DNA from: Malacoraja senta
Lineage: Eukaryota
Reading direction: 5' to 3'
DNA length: 64,000 nucleotides
NCBI GenBank assembly: GCA_038087875.1
Contig: CM075977.1
Coordinates: 212,164,001-212,228,000 of the forward strand
Part shown: in pieces, positions 52,065 through 64,000 of the stretch
Position numbering within the stretch: position 1 is the stretch's first letter
Layout of the letters: each line of letters starts with the position of its first letter
Translations under genes and position numbers: made by a program
Notes under the pieces: model-generated
The model's input: only the letters and a program-made list of their open reading frames with translations
Told to the model about the DNA's origin: nothing
Databases searched by the model: none

Positions 52065-55000
52065 TGGGGAGTCCCACAGAAGTGGAACATTCAGCCAGTT
52101 GTTTAAGGGGAAGCACTCAAGTGGAAATTTAAAACAAAAGAGGAAAGCAGATGTAACTCAATGTCTGCTGAATACTGTACGATAGATTTGTTATACAGGT
52201 CACTAGGGTGTAACACTTTCCAGACTATTTAGTTCCTATGCTGAAGCAAAATTTTCTTATTCTTAAAAAAAAAAAATACAGGGTTTAAAATACTTGGATC
52301 TGTCATACCCTGAATCCATCGATTTGTGGTGTGGGTAATATTGATTCCAACTTTTTTCTTTGTTTAGACAAAATTGCAAATGGGCAATCTTTACCATGGT
52401 AAAAAATAATCGCCATCTCTAACAGCAGTAGTTTTGAAGTGTGAAATGTAGCTTTTTGATGATCATATTGTTGAGGCCAGACCATATAATACTCTGAACT
52501 CCACATGGAAACACTATCTTTCACCCATCCTGGACTCACGAGTATTTTGAACCCTATTCACGTAACCAGGCGATCCCCTCCCACACAAATGCAGAAATAT
52601 TTAACTAAGGCATGTTTCCTGTGTACCAGCTTCTTGACAAATTTAATTCTGCATATGAACATGGCATATTGCCATTAAGCCTTGATAAAACTGCATGCTT
52701 TAAATCATTGACAGCTAATATACGTAAGCAGAGACCAAAGGAGTTGGGAGTACACATACTAGTCATTTTGCCTTAGACAGTGACTTGAATGTAATGTGAT
52801 CTAGGTTGCACTTTTTTTTTTAAATGGGAAGTGAATAAGGCAAACAACAGGCAGTGAAGGCCAGCGTAGGACAGTAGTTTGAGAAGTACTGTTATTTGTG
52901 TGTGTGTGTGTGGGTGTGAATGTGTCCGTACTTGTAAACAACAACACGATTTCCCTGATGACCAGTCATAGAAGGTGTTCAAATGTGATGTACACTTTTT
53001 TGATTTCAGAGGTAGTTGTTTATAAGGAGCACAGGTACAGATGGAATTTGATATGGAGGAAAAAAAATCACAAGTGTGCAGACATTTTTTTTTGTTTTGT
53101 TTTGCTTATGTGACATATTATTGGTAAGTAGCCTTCATTCTGTTTAAATGACTTAGTTTCTACTTTTCATCCAAAAATAGCAAAGTAAAGGTTCACTTGT
53201 TGGGTGCATTATGTTGAAAAAGGGTGTTTTTTTTTTGTAACTGGCGAAACTATTGATCATTTATAGTTCTGAGCATTATCTTTTTAGGGCCGTATTTATA
53301 ACCTGTATAGCTTTCCTTTAACAGTACTACATCCAAGTTTGTATCAGTCTGGTATTGTGCAGTCACTGGTGTAATTCTGTTAATAATGTACAGTTCAAAT
53401 CTGAATTAATTCTATTTTAATTCACATTTGATAAAGATCCAACAGTGGAACAATAGTTTATATATCTTCTCCAATGTGTTGTACCTGCAAAGCATTTATA
53501 AATTATAAAAGATGAATTTATCTGGAACATAAGTTCTATTTACTTGTGTCGTGTACTAGACTAGTGAACAGAATCGGAATATTTGGGTCAGTGATATAGT
53601 GGTTGAAAATATTGGATCAGTTGTAGCTTTAACATAAATTAAAATGTGTGCGCATCTGTTTGTTTTGTGTTACTATAATGATAAGGACTGATTAGCTAAA
53701 GACAAAAGTAGTGCTCAACAAATGGCCGATATTTCAAATCAACATTATTTCCAACATTTGTTGTCGTTTATCAGCTTTTTTTTCTAGTTGTATGATTGGA
53801 GTCCACATCAGCCATTTAGGGAACTAAGATGAATGCAAATTTCCTCTTTGTAGATCATGATTTTAATTCCTTCTCCTGAATCTTTCCTGGAAAGCCCAGC
53901 AAGTGACCTTGTGTATATTTTTGAATGCTATATTTTTGTTTGAAGAATGTATTTGGTGTATATTTTAGGAAATATATTTTGTTTATTGAATTTTGGGGAA
54001 ATTGATTTTATGAAAATCTGAAGCCAACAAGTGACTAAACATACAAATGAAATACAGTGGTTCTGTTTGACTCTGATGCATGGTAGTGTAGTGTAACACT
54101 CCATGTTACAAGGTGCGAATGTGCAGCGTTAACGATACTCTGAAACCCATTATTTTCTGATTTGTTTCGATTAATTTTTGTATTCTTACTTTTTCAAGGC
54201 TTGCAGTTTTCCAGTTAAAGACCCTTTTTAACTGGCTGTAGAATACCATGTAAATCTTGGTGATAGGATTGTAGTTTTCTTTTATACCAAAAATAGCAGC
54301 AGTCTCTGTGCTGTGAAAAATTGCGTACTTGTATCTCCAGCCGAATCTGCAGGATCAGTAATTGCATTGAATTGAAACTGGTATCACGCATCGTTCATAT
54401 TTATTGATGCTTTGTTGAGATCTTTGGATTGGATTCAAACACTATGTCCTTCGACAACTGTTGAAAGGCACTCGCACAGTGATGCAGTGCACCATCAGCC
54501 AGACTTCCAATAGGAGTTGCCATTCACAGAAGTGGACCCTTACTGCTTTTACATAATGGAATCGTTTCCATGACATGTAACAATTGATCAGTGGTGCGAG
54601 GTTAGTGAAGAGTTATTGACTTTTTGGGTAATTCATTACATCCGATTGATCTTTGTTCTCTATTGTGGTCGCAAAAAAATATCCACTGTTGGATCTAGTA
54701 ATTGAGCCTTAGTCGGGAATTAGATGCCATTTGACCCCACTGATTGTAACTTTGCCAGATGTACAGCTTAACCAGCTGCTTTCCCATGGATATGACCTCA
54801 TTTTTGTATTGTATGTTTTTTTTAAAAGAAAGCTGATTATTTTATTTTTAAATACTTTTGTGAACAAAAGTGTGATGCGAATTAGTTTTAACAGAAACTG
54901 AAAGCATGTTTATGTTTGCACTGTTTTTGTACACAGCTTTCCTAATATGGACGGGCTTCTTTAAAATGAAACTTCATTGCTCTAGAACTTTAGACAAATT

Positions 55001-55720
55001 AACTTTTGCAATATTGCATATGTATTATACAGTTTAGTAGTTGTAGTATTTTATTTGCAGATGTTGCTCCAGATCGTTTATTTGATAAGCATTATTGAAC
55101 ACGTGGTTTTAACTTATTTGTCTTTGCTATTTTAATAACACCCTTTTTAATTTAGCTTATAATTAATGCTAACAGTAATTTTAAGTGCATTTAAAGGCAT
55201 TTGTTTTGTAACAGTATAGTTTATTGGTAACTAAATTCAAGACTGTAATTTTAAAGGACAGACTCACCCTAATTCTATTAGAAATTTAAATTGTCAATGA
55301 CCATGTATTTTAGAATTGGCTTGTTTGCACTGCTAAAAGCTGCTGGTGTTGGAAACTGGGTGATGATGCTCAGTCATACTGCTCACGTTCACTGCACTAC
55401 AGGGTAACAGAACTTAGCTTCCAGGTAATTATGCTGTAAGGACAAAGAGAAGCCCCTGATATTTGTGCTGAACACGATTTTCTTTTAAATCGATGAATGA
55501 AGCATCAAGCCACTCTTGCACATCTTCTGTCAGCTAGGTCATGAACAATTGAGTATAGGTTAGGAGAAGATAGTAGGTAGGGAGGGAGATGTGATGGCTG
55601 AGGAACAGTGGTGGTGAAATAAGGGATAGTAAGGAGGGAAAGTTCAGCATCAATGATGGTCTCAAGGCCTTTTTCATCTGCTTTCTTCCCTTATGCTCAC
55701 TACGCACTGAGTAACAATTA
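52065..55720 (+). other. MAP1B: Putative long MAP1B 3' UTR (end uncertain; may extend to about 58000)
   Basis: About 3.6 kb of U-rich sequence with no recognisable interspersed repeats directly after the stop codon. Candidate poly(A) signals: ATTAAA at 53638, AATAAA at 56768, 56943, 57618 and 57952/57957. Confidence 0.6.
52711..52793 (+). promoter_or_regulatory. Candidate miR-9 (ACCAAAG, 52734-52740) and miR-181 (TGAATGTA, 52786-52793) target sites
   Basis: Exact seed complements. Both miRNA families are reported regulators of mammalian Map1b. Confidence 0.45.
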
Positions 55721-55724
55721 TAGA

Positions 55725-56048
55725 GTCTTACAGCGGAGAAACAGGTCCTTCGGCCCAACTTGCCCACAGCGGCCAACATGTCCCAGCTACACTAGTCCCA
55801 CCTGCCTGCGTTTGGCCCATATCCCTCTAAACCTGTCCTATCCATGTACCTGTCTAAATGTTTCTTAAACGTTATGATAGTTCCTGCTTCAACTACCTCC
55901 TCCGGCAGCTTGTTCCATACACCCACCACCCTTTGTGTGAAAAAGTTATTTTTCAGGTTCCTATTAAATCTTTCACCCCTCACCTTAAAGCTATGTCCTC
56001 TGGTTCTTGATTCCACTACTCTGTGCATCTACCTGATCTATTCCTCTC
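55725..56048 (-). mobile_element. CR1/HER1 3' fragment
   Basis: ORF 55792-56028 encodes SRTRGHSFKVRG...FFTQRVVGVWNKLPEEVVEAGT. Confidence 0.85.
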
Positions 56049-58447
56049 AATTATTCCAGGATTTAAAAAAAAAGCTAAATTCTAAAACTTCAAGGATATG
56101 GTCAAAATGGTCTGTAACATCGGAGAACGTCATTAGCACCACTGCAATTGATCTGAAGAATGTCAGCACTGATTTTGAATCCTCTGGTTTCTTGATACTA
56201 GTAACTTAGTAGCATTCAAACAAGTTGGAACAAGAATATTTTTCAAGATTTAATTCCACTATAACCTATAGCTTTCTGACTACAAAATTAGTAATTGCAA
56301 CATCAAAAAAGCAATTTATTTTTTTAAGCTCCTTTTCTAAAAGAATGGCTTTTTCAAAGCTGTACAGCCACAATGGGCTGACTGACCTTCTGTGCTGTAT
56401 GGTCCTAGTCCAGAATCAGTGGTTGCAATTAAAAACATTGTCGGAGAAACAATAATGTGAATGAATTTGTAACAACTGTTTCGGATAAATTACCTTTCCC
56501 TATACTTCTATAAATCCATAATTAAACCATGAGCAGTTAGTTGTGCTATGACAGAGTAAGTACTGTGAGAATGTGCATGTGGCATGATGTTTATTGGTGT
56601 CCCTGTAGAAAATGTTTTTTGGAGACAGACTTACTTCAAGTTTCTTTGAATAGTTCTGGTTGAAGAGGCTTGTAATTTGCCCAGATCGAATTGCATATTA
56701 TGCAGAAGCAGCTGTGTAGCTTTTCCTAACGGTACACATTTTTTAGATGAGAGGTGCATTTCCCCATAATAAATGGATTTTCTCATTTATTTTCACCCAA
56801 TATTATGTGATATGTTTTCCAGGATCATTTAAAAAGATCAAGACCTGTTCTTGGAAGAAGTGTCAGTCGCTGTAACTAGTGTAGGGCAGCTTATATAGAG
56901 TGGTGAGGAATGAATGGTCAAAGGGAGGTCTTCGTTTAAAAAAATAAACAAGTTGCATTTGATTACTGCACACGGCTTAGTTTCCTGTTTCATGTTTACA
57001 TTTCCTAAAGACAAAGAAGGGTAATTTTACTGAGTTGGAAACAATCAATTGTGTAATTGTGAGATTGCATCTTCGTAATAGTAAATATCAACACTGAAGG
57101 AATTTAATGAGTAACCGCTGCTGTGGCAAGCACTGAATCTCCATGGTAGATTTTATGGAACATGTTGAGCTGAATTCGGCAATGTAATGTACATTTTCTT
57201 TTTCTGTGTGCTATTTTTAAATGCCTCCAAACTCACAATATCCGTAAGGTGAAAATGATTGCTTACTTCTGATGGTTTTTCTGGGAGCCTTGGGGATCTG
57301 AGAACAAGGCATATGAATTGCGATTACTAAGTGGGTTTGAACATGTTACATTCCAACAACCAACCTTTTTTTGAAATAGACAATCCACTGATATCTTGCC
57401 ATGGTTAATTTTCTTCCAGATTTATATACCGTATTCTAAACTAACACACTGGATTCTAGTGACATAATTGTTCATAATCCACTTGCTGATTTAAAGGTTG
57501 CAATGCAATTCATTCCCACCTTACCACAAATATATGCCCGTTATGATACTCTGTAGATGAAAAGGGTATGTGTTGTGAAGTTTGTTTTAATATAACAGAT
57601 AAAAATACGAGTGCATTAATAAAATTGGCATAGACTGGTGTGAGGGAATTTGCTCACTTTTAGATTTTAGAATGAATGGGTGTTTGGGATTTTGAGTGTT
57701 TTTTTTAAACAAAACTCATTGTAAATGTTTGGCACATTAACTGACATGTGTGACAACATAGCTGTGACCTGATGATACTTCAGCTGATTTACAAAGCAAT
57801 GCCGTTTATGGGATGTTTGTGACATTACAACATAATTGTGACCAAAAACTGTTAATGCCTAACCCCGGGTAAAGTGATTGCAACCAACATTGTGACTGTC
57901 CAAAATTACTCTCATCCTTAATTCACAGAAATTCTGCTGATGACTAAAAGAAATAAAATAAATGGACTGCGAACATAAAGAATCTGCTTAAACACTTGCA
58001 TGCAGTTTTATCTTCCAGAGATGGAAAGCACCAGTCTTACAGCTGGCTGAGCAGCAACTCAATCCTCCCATTATCTGAATAATGTTTTATGTGTCAAACT
58101 GCAGCTGTGTATGGTATTTATGTCTTATAATCCTGCAAAATTCTATCCAGTCATATCTAATGTAGAACTTAGTTTTCAGTGAAAGTATTATGTAGTGCTT
58201 TTCAGATATTGTGTGCAATATCCCCTGCCACTGGAGTATTTGATGTAAAGGGAACAATTAAATTAAAATCCACAATAAAATGAAATATGACAGTTGAGTT
58301 GTGATTATTTTTTTCCCCCTCAACAAAGAGGTGAGAAATTACATTTCCAATGTTATTAATTTCATGATAAATTTCTCCAAGGTCGTTCATTTTTGGAGCC
58401 TTTTAAGCAGTTTTTGATATTAAAGCTGCAGTCTTGAGTGGAGTTCA

Positions 58448-58755
58448 GGTTAGTTTATAGATATAGCCTGGAAACAGGCCCATCGGCCCACTGAGTCTAT
58501 GCCGACCATCGATCACCCATTCTCATTCATTCTAAGTTATCCTACTTATGCATTCACTCCTTAACACACATTAAGGGCAATTTTACAGCGGCTAATAAAC
58601 CTGCGCATCTTTGGGATGTTGGAGGAAACTGGAGTACCTGGAGGAAACCCACGCAGTCACAAGGACAACATGCAAACTCCACATGGACAGCTCTGAGGTC
58701 AGGATTGAACTTGGGTCTCTGGCGCTGTGAGGCAACAGCTCTTTCAGCTGCCCCA
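58448..58755 (-). mobile_element. V-SINE (HE1-like), diverged
   Basis: Reverse-strand SINE core and tail. Confidence 0.7.
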
Positions 58756-58835
58756 CTATGAGATGAAAGATGGTACTGGGACTGTTTCCACAAGAGCAAG
58801 GAAGTTAAAGAAATAAAAAGATGGTTAAAATAATG

Positions 58836-59852
58836 AATCTGGACTACACTTCTTCCCACCCTGCTTTCTGTAAGGACTCTATCCCCTACTCCCAATTCCT
58901 CCGTCTACCCCGCATTTACACCCAGGATGAGGTGTTCCAAACAAGGGCATCGGAGATGTCCTCATTCTTTAGGGAGCAGGGGTTCCCATCTTCGACTATA
59001 GATGAGGCTCTCACCAAGGTCTCCCCTATATCCCGTAGCTCTGCTCTCACTCCCCATCCCCCCCACTCATAACAAGGACAGAGTCCCCCTTGACCTCACC
59101 TTCCACCCCACCAGCCGTCACATACAACAGATAATCCTTCGACATTTTCGCCACCTCCTACGGGATCCCACCACTGGCCACGTCTTCCCATTTCCTCCCC
59201 TTTCCGCAGAGACCGTTCCCTCCATAACTCCCTGGTCAATTTGTCCCTTCCCACCTACTTTCCCTTGCAACCGCAGGAAATGCTACACTTGTCGCTTTAC
59301 CTCCCCCCTCGACTCCATCTAAGGACCCAAGCAGTCTTTCCAGGTGAGGCAGGGGTTCACCTGCACCTCCTCCAACCTCATCTATTGCATCGGCTGTTCT
59401 AGGTGCCAACTGCCCTACATCGGTGAGACCAAGCGCAGGCTTGGCGATCGCTTTGCCCAACACCTCCGCTCAGTTCGCATTAACCAACCTGATCTCCCGG
59501 TGACTCAGCACTTCAACTCTCCCTCCCATTCCAATTTCTGTCCTGGGCCTCCTCCATGGCCAGAGTGAGTCCCACCGCAAATTGGAGGAGCAGCACCTCA
59601 TATTTTGCTTGGGTAGTTTGCACCCCAGCGGTATGAACATTGACTTCACCAATTTCAGGTTGTCCTTGCTTTCTCCCTCCTTCCTCTCCCTTTCCCAGCT
59701 CTCCCACAGCCCACTGTCTCTGCCTCTTCCTTTCTTCTTCCTGACCCCCCCACATCAGTCTGAAGAAGGGCCTCAACCCGAAACATCACCTATTCCTTCG
59801 CTCCATAGATGCTGCCTCACCTGCTGAGTTTCTCCAGCATTTTTGTCTACCT
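58836..59852 (+). mobile_element. Penelope-like element 3' portion (RT thumb, GIY-YIG endonuclease, terminal repeat)
   Basis: LDYTSSHPA.CKDSIPYSQFLRL, then FTCTSSNLIYCIGCSRCQLPYIGETKRRLGDRFAQHLRSV (GIY-YIG), then LGSLHPSGMNIDF. Frameshifted. Confidence 0.9.
59760..59787 (+). ncRNA. Minimal type-I hammerhead ribozyme-like motif in the Penelope terminus
   Basis: CTGAAGA-A-GGG(cctcaa)CCC-GAAA-CA-TC: CUGANGA / stem II / GAAA / UH core order. Confidence 0.45.
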
Positions 59853-61049
59853 TAAAAAATGAAGGTTCTTGCTAGAGCAAATAGGAAAAGTTAGCTTCCT
59901 TCAACTGAAGAATCAGACATGGAGTACATTTACAACGTTTCCAGAATGGAGACAGGAATGTCTGTAATAGAAGAGACTTTTCCATAGAAGAGACTATGGC
60001 TTTATTAAGAGGGATGATGCATAAATGTTGAAACAGAGGTACTTCTAGTGGTGTAAAGAGGTGGGATGAGCATTTGCAATGTTGGACCAAACAACCATTA
60101 ATTCAATGAGTTGGATGGTTCTTCCCTGTGCTCAATGAAAGGTAATCAGAACATATGAAACTAACCATGCCCCTGTATTTTAGTCATTTAATCTAATTTG
60201 GAAGAAATTAAAACATTATTCAAATGAAAAATGTATTCTAATATATAATGTAATGTGGGAGGAGTGGCTTTTAAAGGTGCAAACATGACGTGAAGATGAA
60301 ATAAATGATTGTAAACTTTGGCTGTGCATTGGCGAGATTGTACTTCAAATAATATGCGTGATCTGAGATAATTTGTTATGGGGATAACAGTAAGTGAGTG
60401 CACCGGCTCTCTATTAAAGTGTAGACTTGGTTCATTGAAAACCACTCTAAAACAGAAGGGTGTTGCACCAAGCTCCTCTATAGATTTGAAGACATAATCT
60501 CACATTGACACTGTGCAGATCTGGGAGATTGGAGAGTGGGGCATCTTTCTTTCTGGTGAAGTGTGAAGATTACTACAAACAATCTAATTGCAGAAGAATT
60601 TGAAGTCCTTTTGGTCAACATCTTCCAAAGATAATTTATCTGGCAAAGTTCTGTTTAACATACGAAACAGAACCAGGAGTGGGCCATTTGATTCCTCATA
60701 CCTAATCTCTTACCTCAGATGCACTAATCTCAGAACCTTTCATTCCCCAGAAATACCACAATTTATTAAATTCTGCTTTGAATATAAACTGCAACTCAGA
60801 CCCAGACTGTAAAAATAAGTTTAGATATTTTGAAACTTTGAAACTTCCAGACACATCAACCAGAAGAAACATCAGCTCAGTTCCTACCCATTCAAGTCCG
60901 AAAATAATTTTGTTTCATAGAGATCTCCTTGTGGGATTACTGACATTACCATTCAGAGCATAGAACATAGTTCTCAACATTGGAGCATATCAGTTACACA
61001 GAAAAAGTCCCATGTCCACAATGATGTAGGTCAGAGCTATACCTTAGCT

Positions 61050-61320
61050 GATGGAAGGACTGTTCAAAAATCTTATAACAGGGGAGGAGGCCGTTCCTGA
61101 GTCTGGTGGAGTGCACTTTCAAGCTTCTGTATCTTCTGCCCAATGAGAGTGGGGAGAAGAATGAATGGCCGGGGTGGGAATGGCCCTTGTTGTGTTGGCT
61201 GCTCTCCCAAGGCAGCGAGGAGTATAGATGAATTCAATGGCGAAGGTTTGGTCTGTGATGATCTGTGCTACATCCACAACTCTGTAATTTATTGCAGTCT
61301 TGGGCAGAACTATTCCTAAA
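61050..61320 (-). mobile_element. Rex1/Babar-clade LINE fragment
   Basis: Reverse-strand similarity to 9690-10040 (RVVDVAQIIT, HSSPHSHWAEDTEA). Confidence 0.6.
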
Positions 61321-61391
61321 CCAAATCCAGACTGCTTAATCTCTGAATGACTTTGCATATATAATTACAGTTACTGCATTTAAAAATTACA

Positions 61392-61950
61392 TTTGGAGTA
61401 TTGTGTACAGTTTTGGTCTCCTAATTTGAGGAAGGACATCCTTGTGATTGAGGCAGTGCAGCGTTGGTTCACGAGATTGATCCCTGGGATGGCGGGACTG
61501 TCATATGAGGAAAGATTGAAAAGACTAGGCTTGTATTCACTGGAGTTTAGAAGGATGAGGGAGGATCTTATAGAAACATATAAAATTATAAAAGGACTGG
61601 ACAAACTAGATGCAGGAAAAATGTTCCCAATGTGGGGCGAGTCCAGAACCAGGGGCCACAGTCTTAGAATAAAGGGGAGGCCATTTAAGACTGAGGTGAG
61701 AAAAAACGTTTTCATCCAGAGAGTTGTGAATTTATGGAATTCCCTGCCACAGAGGACAGTGGAGGCCAAATCACTGGATGGATTTAAGGGAGAGTTAGAT
61801 AGAGTTCTAGGGGCTAGTGGAGTCAAGGGATATGGGGAGAAGGCAGGCACGGGTTATTGATAGGGCACGATCAGCCATGATCACAATGAATGGCGGTGCT
61901 AGCTCGAAGGGCCGAATGGCCTCCTCCTGCACCTATTTTCTATGTTTCTA
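61392..61950 (+). mobile_element. CR1/HER1 LINE 3' fragment with open ORF2 C-terminus
   Basis: ORF 61393-61860 encodes LEYCVQFWSPNLRKDI...VNLWNSLP...GYGEKAGTGY*, followed by the canonical tail. Confidence 0.9.
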
Positions 61951-62526
61951 TTTGCATTATCAGAATCCTGAGGATATAATGAAATATCATTTAAAGTATT
62001 TTTAAACTTCCTAATATTTTGGAAAAAGGAATGAAGCTGATTTTATGAATACTTAACGTTATTAGAAATGTTTCTGCAATGCCATTTTGCACAAATCACT
62101 AAATGCACCTTTATATGTAAAGTGTAATTATTAATTTAAAATAGTTTGCATCACAAATTTAATGGTAGCTGTTGCAGGATCAGAAATTAGCTTAGTTTAG
62201 TGCTTGGTTCCCACTCTAGCCGTTACCTAATTGTAATTGTTTTAACCATGAGTCAAATTGAAAGAGAAGGGAAAATATGGTCATTTTAAAAATGTGGCTT
62301 CTAACAAAACACGACTTTACAATTTCACATGCCACTTTTAGCTTGCATTAAATAACTACAATTTGTACATGAAAAAAACCCAAAGGAAAAGACTGCAGAA
62401 GCTGGAAATATGGCAAACAGAAAATGCTGGAATTAAACATCAGGTCAGGCAGCATCTGTGGAAGGCAGAACTGAGATAATGTTTCAAATCAATCAAGTGT
62501 TGGAGTAACAGCAGGTCAGGCAGCAT

Positions 62527-62751
62527 GTGTAAGAAGGAACTGCAGATGCTGCTTTCCACCGAAGACAGACACAACATTCTGGAGTAACTCAGCAGGTCAG
62601 GCGGCATTTCCGGAGAAAAGGAATAGTTGACGTTTCAGATCGAGGCCCTTCGTCAGACTGACTGATGAAGGGTCTCGATCTGAAATGTCACCTATTCCTT
62701 TTCTCCAGAGATGCCGCCTGACCTGTTGAGTTACTCCAGCATTTTGTGACT
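62527..62751. mobile_element. Fold-back Penelope-terminus-derived insertion with 14-bp TSD and hammerhead-like cores on both strands
   Basis: TSD aggtcaggcagcat (62513-62526, 62752-62765). 87-bp inverted arms 62570-62656 and 62662-62748. Confidence 0.75.
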
Positions 62752-63842
62752 AGGTCAGGCAGCATCTCTGGAGAACACCGAGGGTGACATTTTGGGTCAG
62801 GACACTTCTTCAGACATTTAGATTAATTGCCTCAAAACTGAACAGTGGTAAAGTACAGGATTCTGTAACTGAATAAGTAAAAGGCAGGGAGAGGGATCCA
62901 GATATAATTTTGGAGGAGCATCTACTTTGCCCCTCTCACACATGCATGAGGTTTTGGATCCCTAATTGTTCACGGTTGGGGACTGCAGGGAGGGTATGCA
63001 AACTCTGGCACGAGGAACATTCAAATGGGGGGAGAAGAGAGAAATGTAGTAGAATTAGGGTAAGCATATTTAGAGGAACACACACTTGTCTGCAGCAGAC
63101 AGAGTTCTGAAGTCTATGTTACCTCTAGTATCGGGATTGAAGATTTATATTTCAGGTGGGAGAACATCCTGGACTGAGAGTAGGAGGATCCAGTTAACCT
63201 CATCCAACTAGGCACTAATGACATAGGAAGGAGATTTTGCTGAGGGATAATGTGCAGCTTGGGGCAAAATTGAAAGGCAGAACCTCTTTCTTGATATCAT
63301 GGCCTAGAATATCACCATCCCTATTGCTATCTCACTACCCCCGGGTTCTACATTTTGGTGAATACTCATTCCTCCAGGCATGGATACCCTCCTGTCAATG
63401 AGAGGTTCTATCTTCTCCTTAGCGACCCTTGTTTTTAACATGTATACACTGTATACATATACACAATGCCTTGGATGCTCCTTAATCCTTCTCACTAAGG
63501 ATTCTGTTGTGTTGCTGCAAGTAAGAATGTCATTGTTCTATCTGGGACACATGACAATAAAACACTCTTGATGAGTTCATGGCCCTTTTAGGAGTCTAGA
63601 TTCCATTCTCTCCTTCCTTTATATTCCTATAGGGTCATGACTAATTTCAGTTTCCCAAAAACTTGCATATTTGTTTTGTAACAAAGGAATATAAGCTTCT
63701 GTATATTAACAGTAAGAGGATAGCCAGGGAAAGTGTTGGGATCCTGAGGGATTATAGGTGCAATTTTCATGGAACTGCAGAAAGAGAATAAAGGCCATAA
63801 GTGATTATTTCACTTCATATATTAACAAAGAAGTTTGGAGGG

Positions 63843-64000
63843 AGATATAGTGAAAGGCCTGGATTGAGTGGATGTGAAGAGGATGTTTCCACTAGTGGGA
63901 GAGTCTAGGACCAGAGGTCGTCGCCTCAGAATTAAAGGACGTTCCTTTAGGAAGGAGATGAGGAGAAATTTCTTTAGTCAGATGGTGGGTAATCTGTGGA
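63843..64000 (+). mobile_element. CR1 LINE fragment running off the window end
   Basis: Segment encoding VKGLD.VDVKRMFPLVGESRTRG..LRIKGR. Confidence 0.75.

Noticed and set aside
61393-61860. 155-aa ORF as a domesticated gene
   Set aside because: It is the CR1 ORF2 C-terminus, near-identical in type to several other copies in the window.
58450-64000. Terminal exons of a convergent neighbour gene (MRPS27 in human synteny)
   Set aside because: No recognisable coding exon found, only repeats and AT-rich sequence.

Overview
Vertebrate genomic DNA, most likely from a cartilaginous fish (skate or ray; inferred from the HE1-like V-SINE and HER1/CR1-type repeat landscape). The only intact gene is the 3' part of MAP1B on the + strand, with exons equivalent to human exons 3-7: 31741-31823, 36920-37060, 38755-44680, 49930-50168 and 51909-52064. 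All are flanked by canonical GT-AG splice sites and encode about 2180 aa ending SFPACKIEL*. They are followed by a long, repeat-poor putative 3' UTR. Exons 1-2 are not in the window, so 1-31740 is probably the large intron 2. The introns and 3' flank are packed with CR1/HER1, Rex1/Babar, L1, Penelope, DIRS, V-SINE and MITE remnants. Three observations stand out. (1) A 1.27-kb Helitron-like element (TC...CTAG) carries an intact-looking copy of ALG13 exon 1 with its splice donor. (2) A family of short, fold-back, Penelope-derived insertions flanked by target-site duplications (TSDs) carries minimal hammerhead-ribozyme-like cores. (3) MAP1B lacks the mammalian neuraxin repeats, and its 3' UTR has miR-9 and miR-181 seed sites. 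All family assignments come from visual recognition of motifs, not database searches. Repeat boundaries are approximate unless a TSD or terminal inverted repeat (TIR) is quoted.
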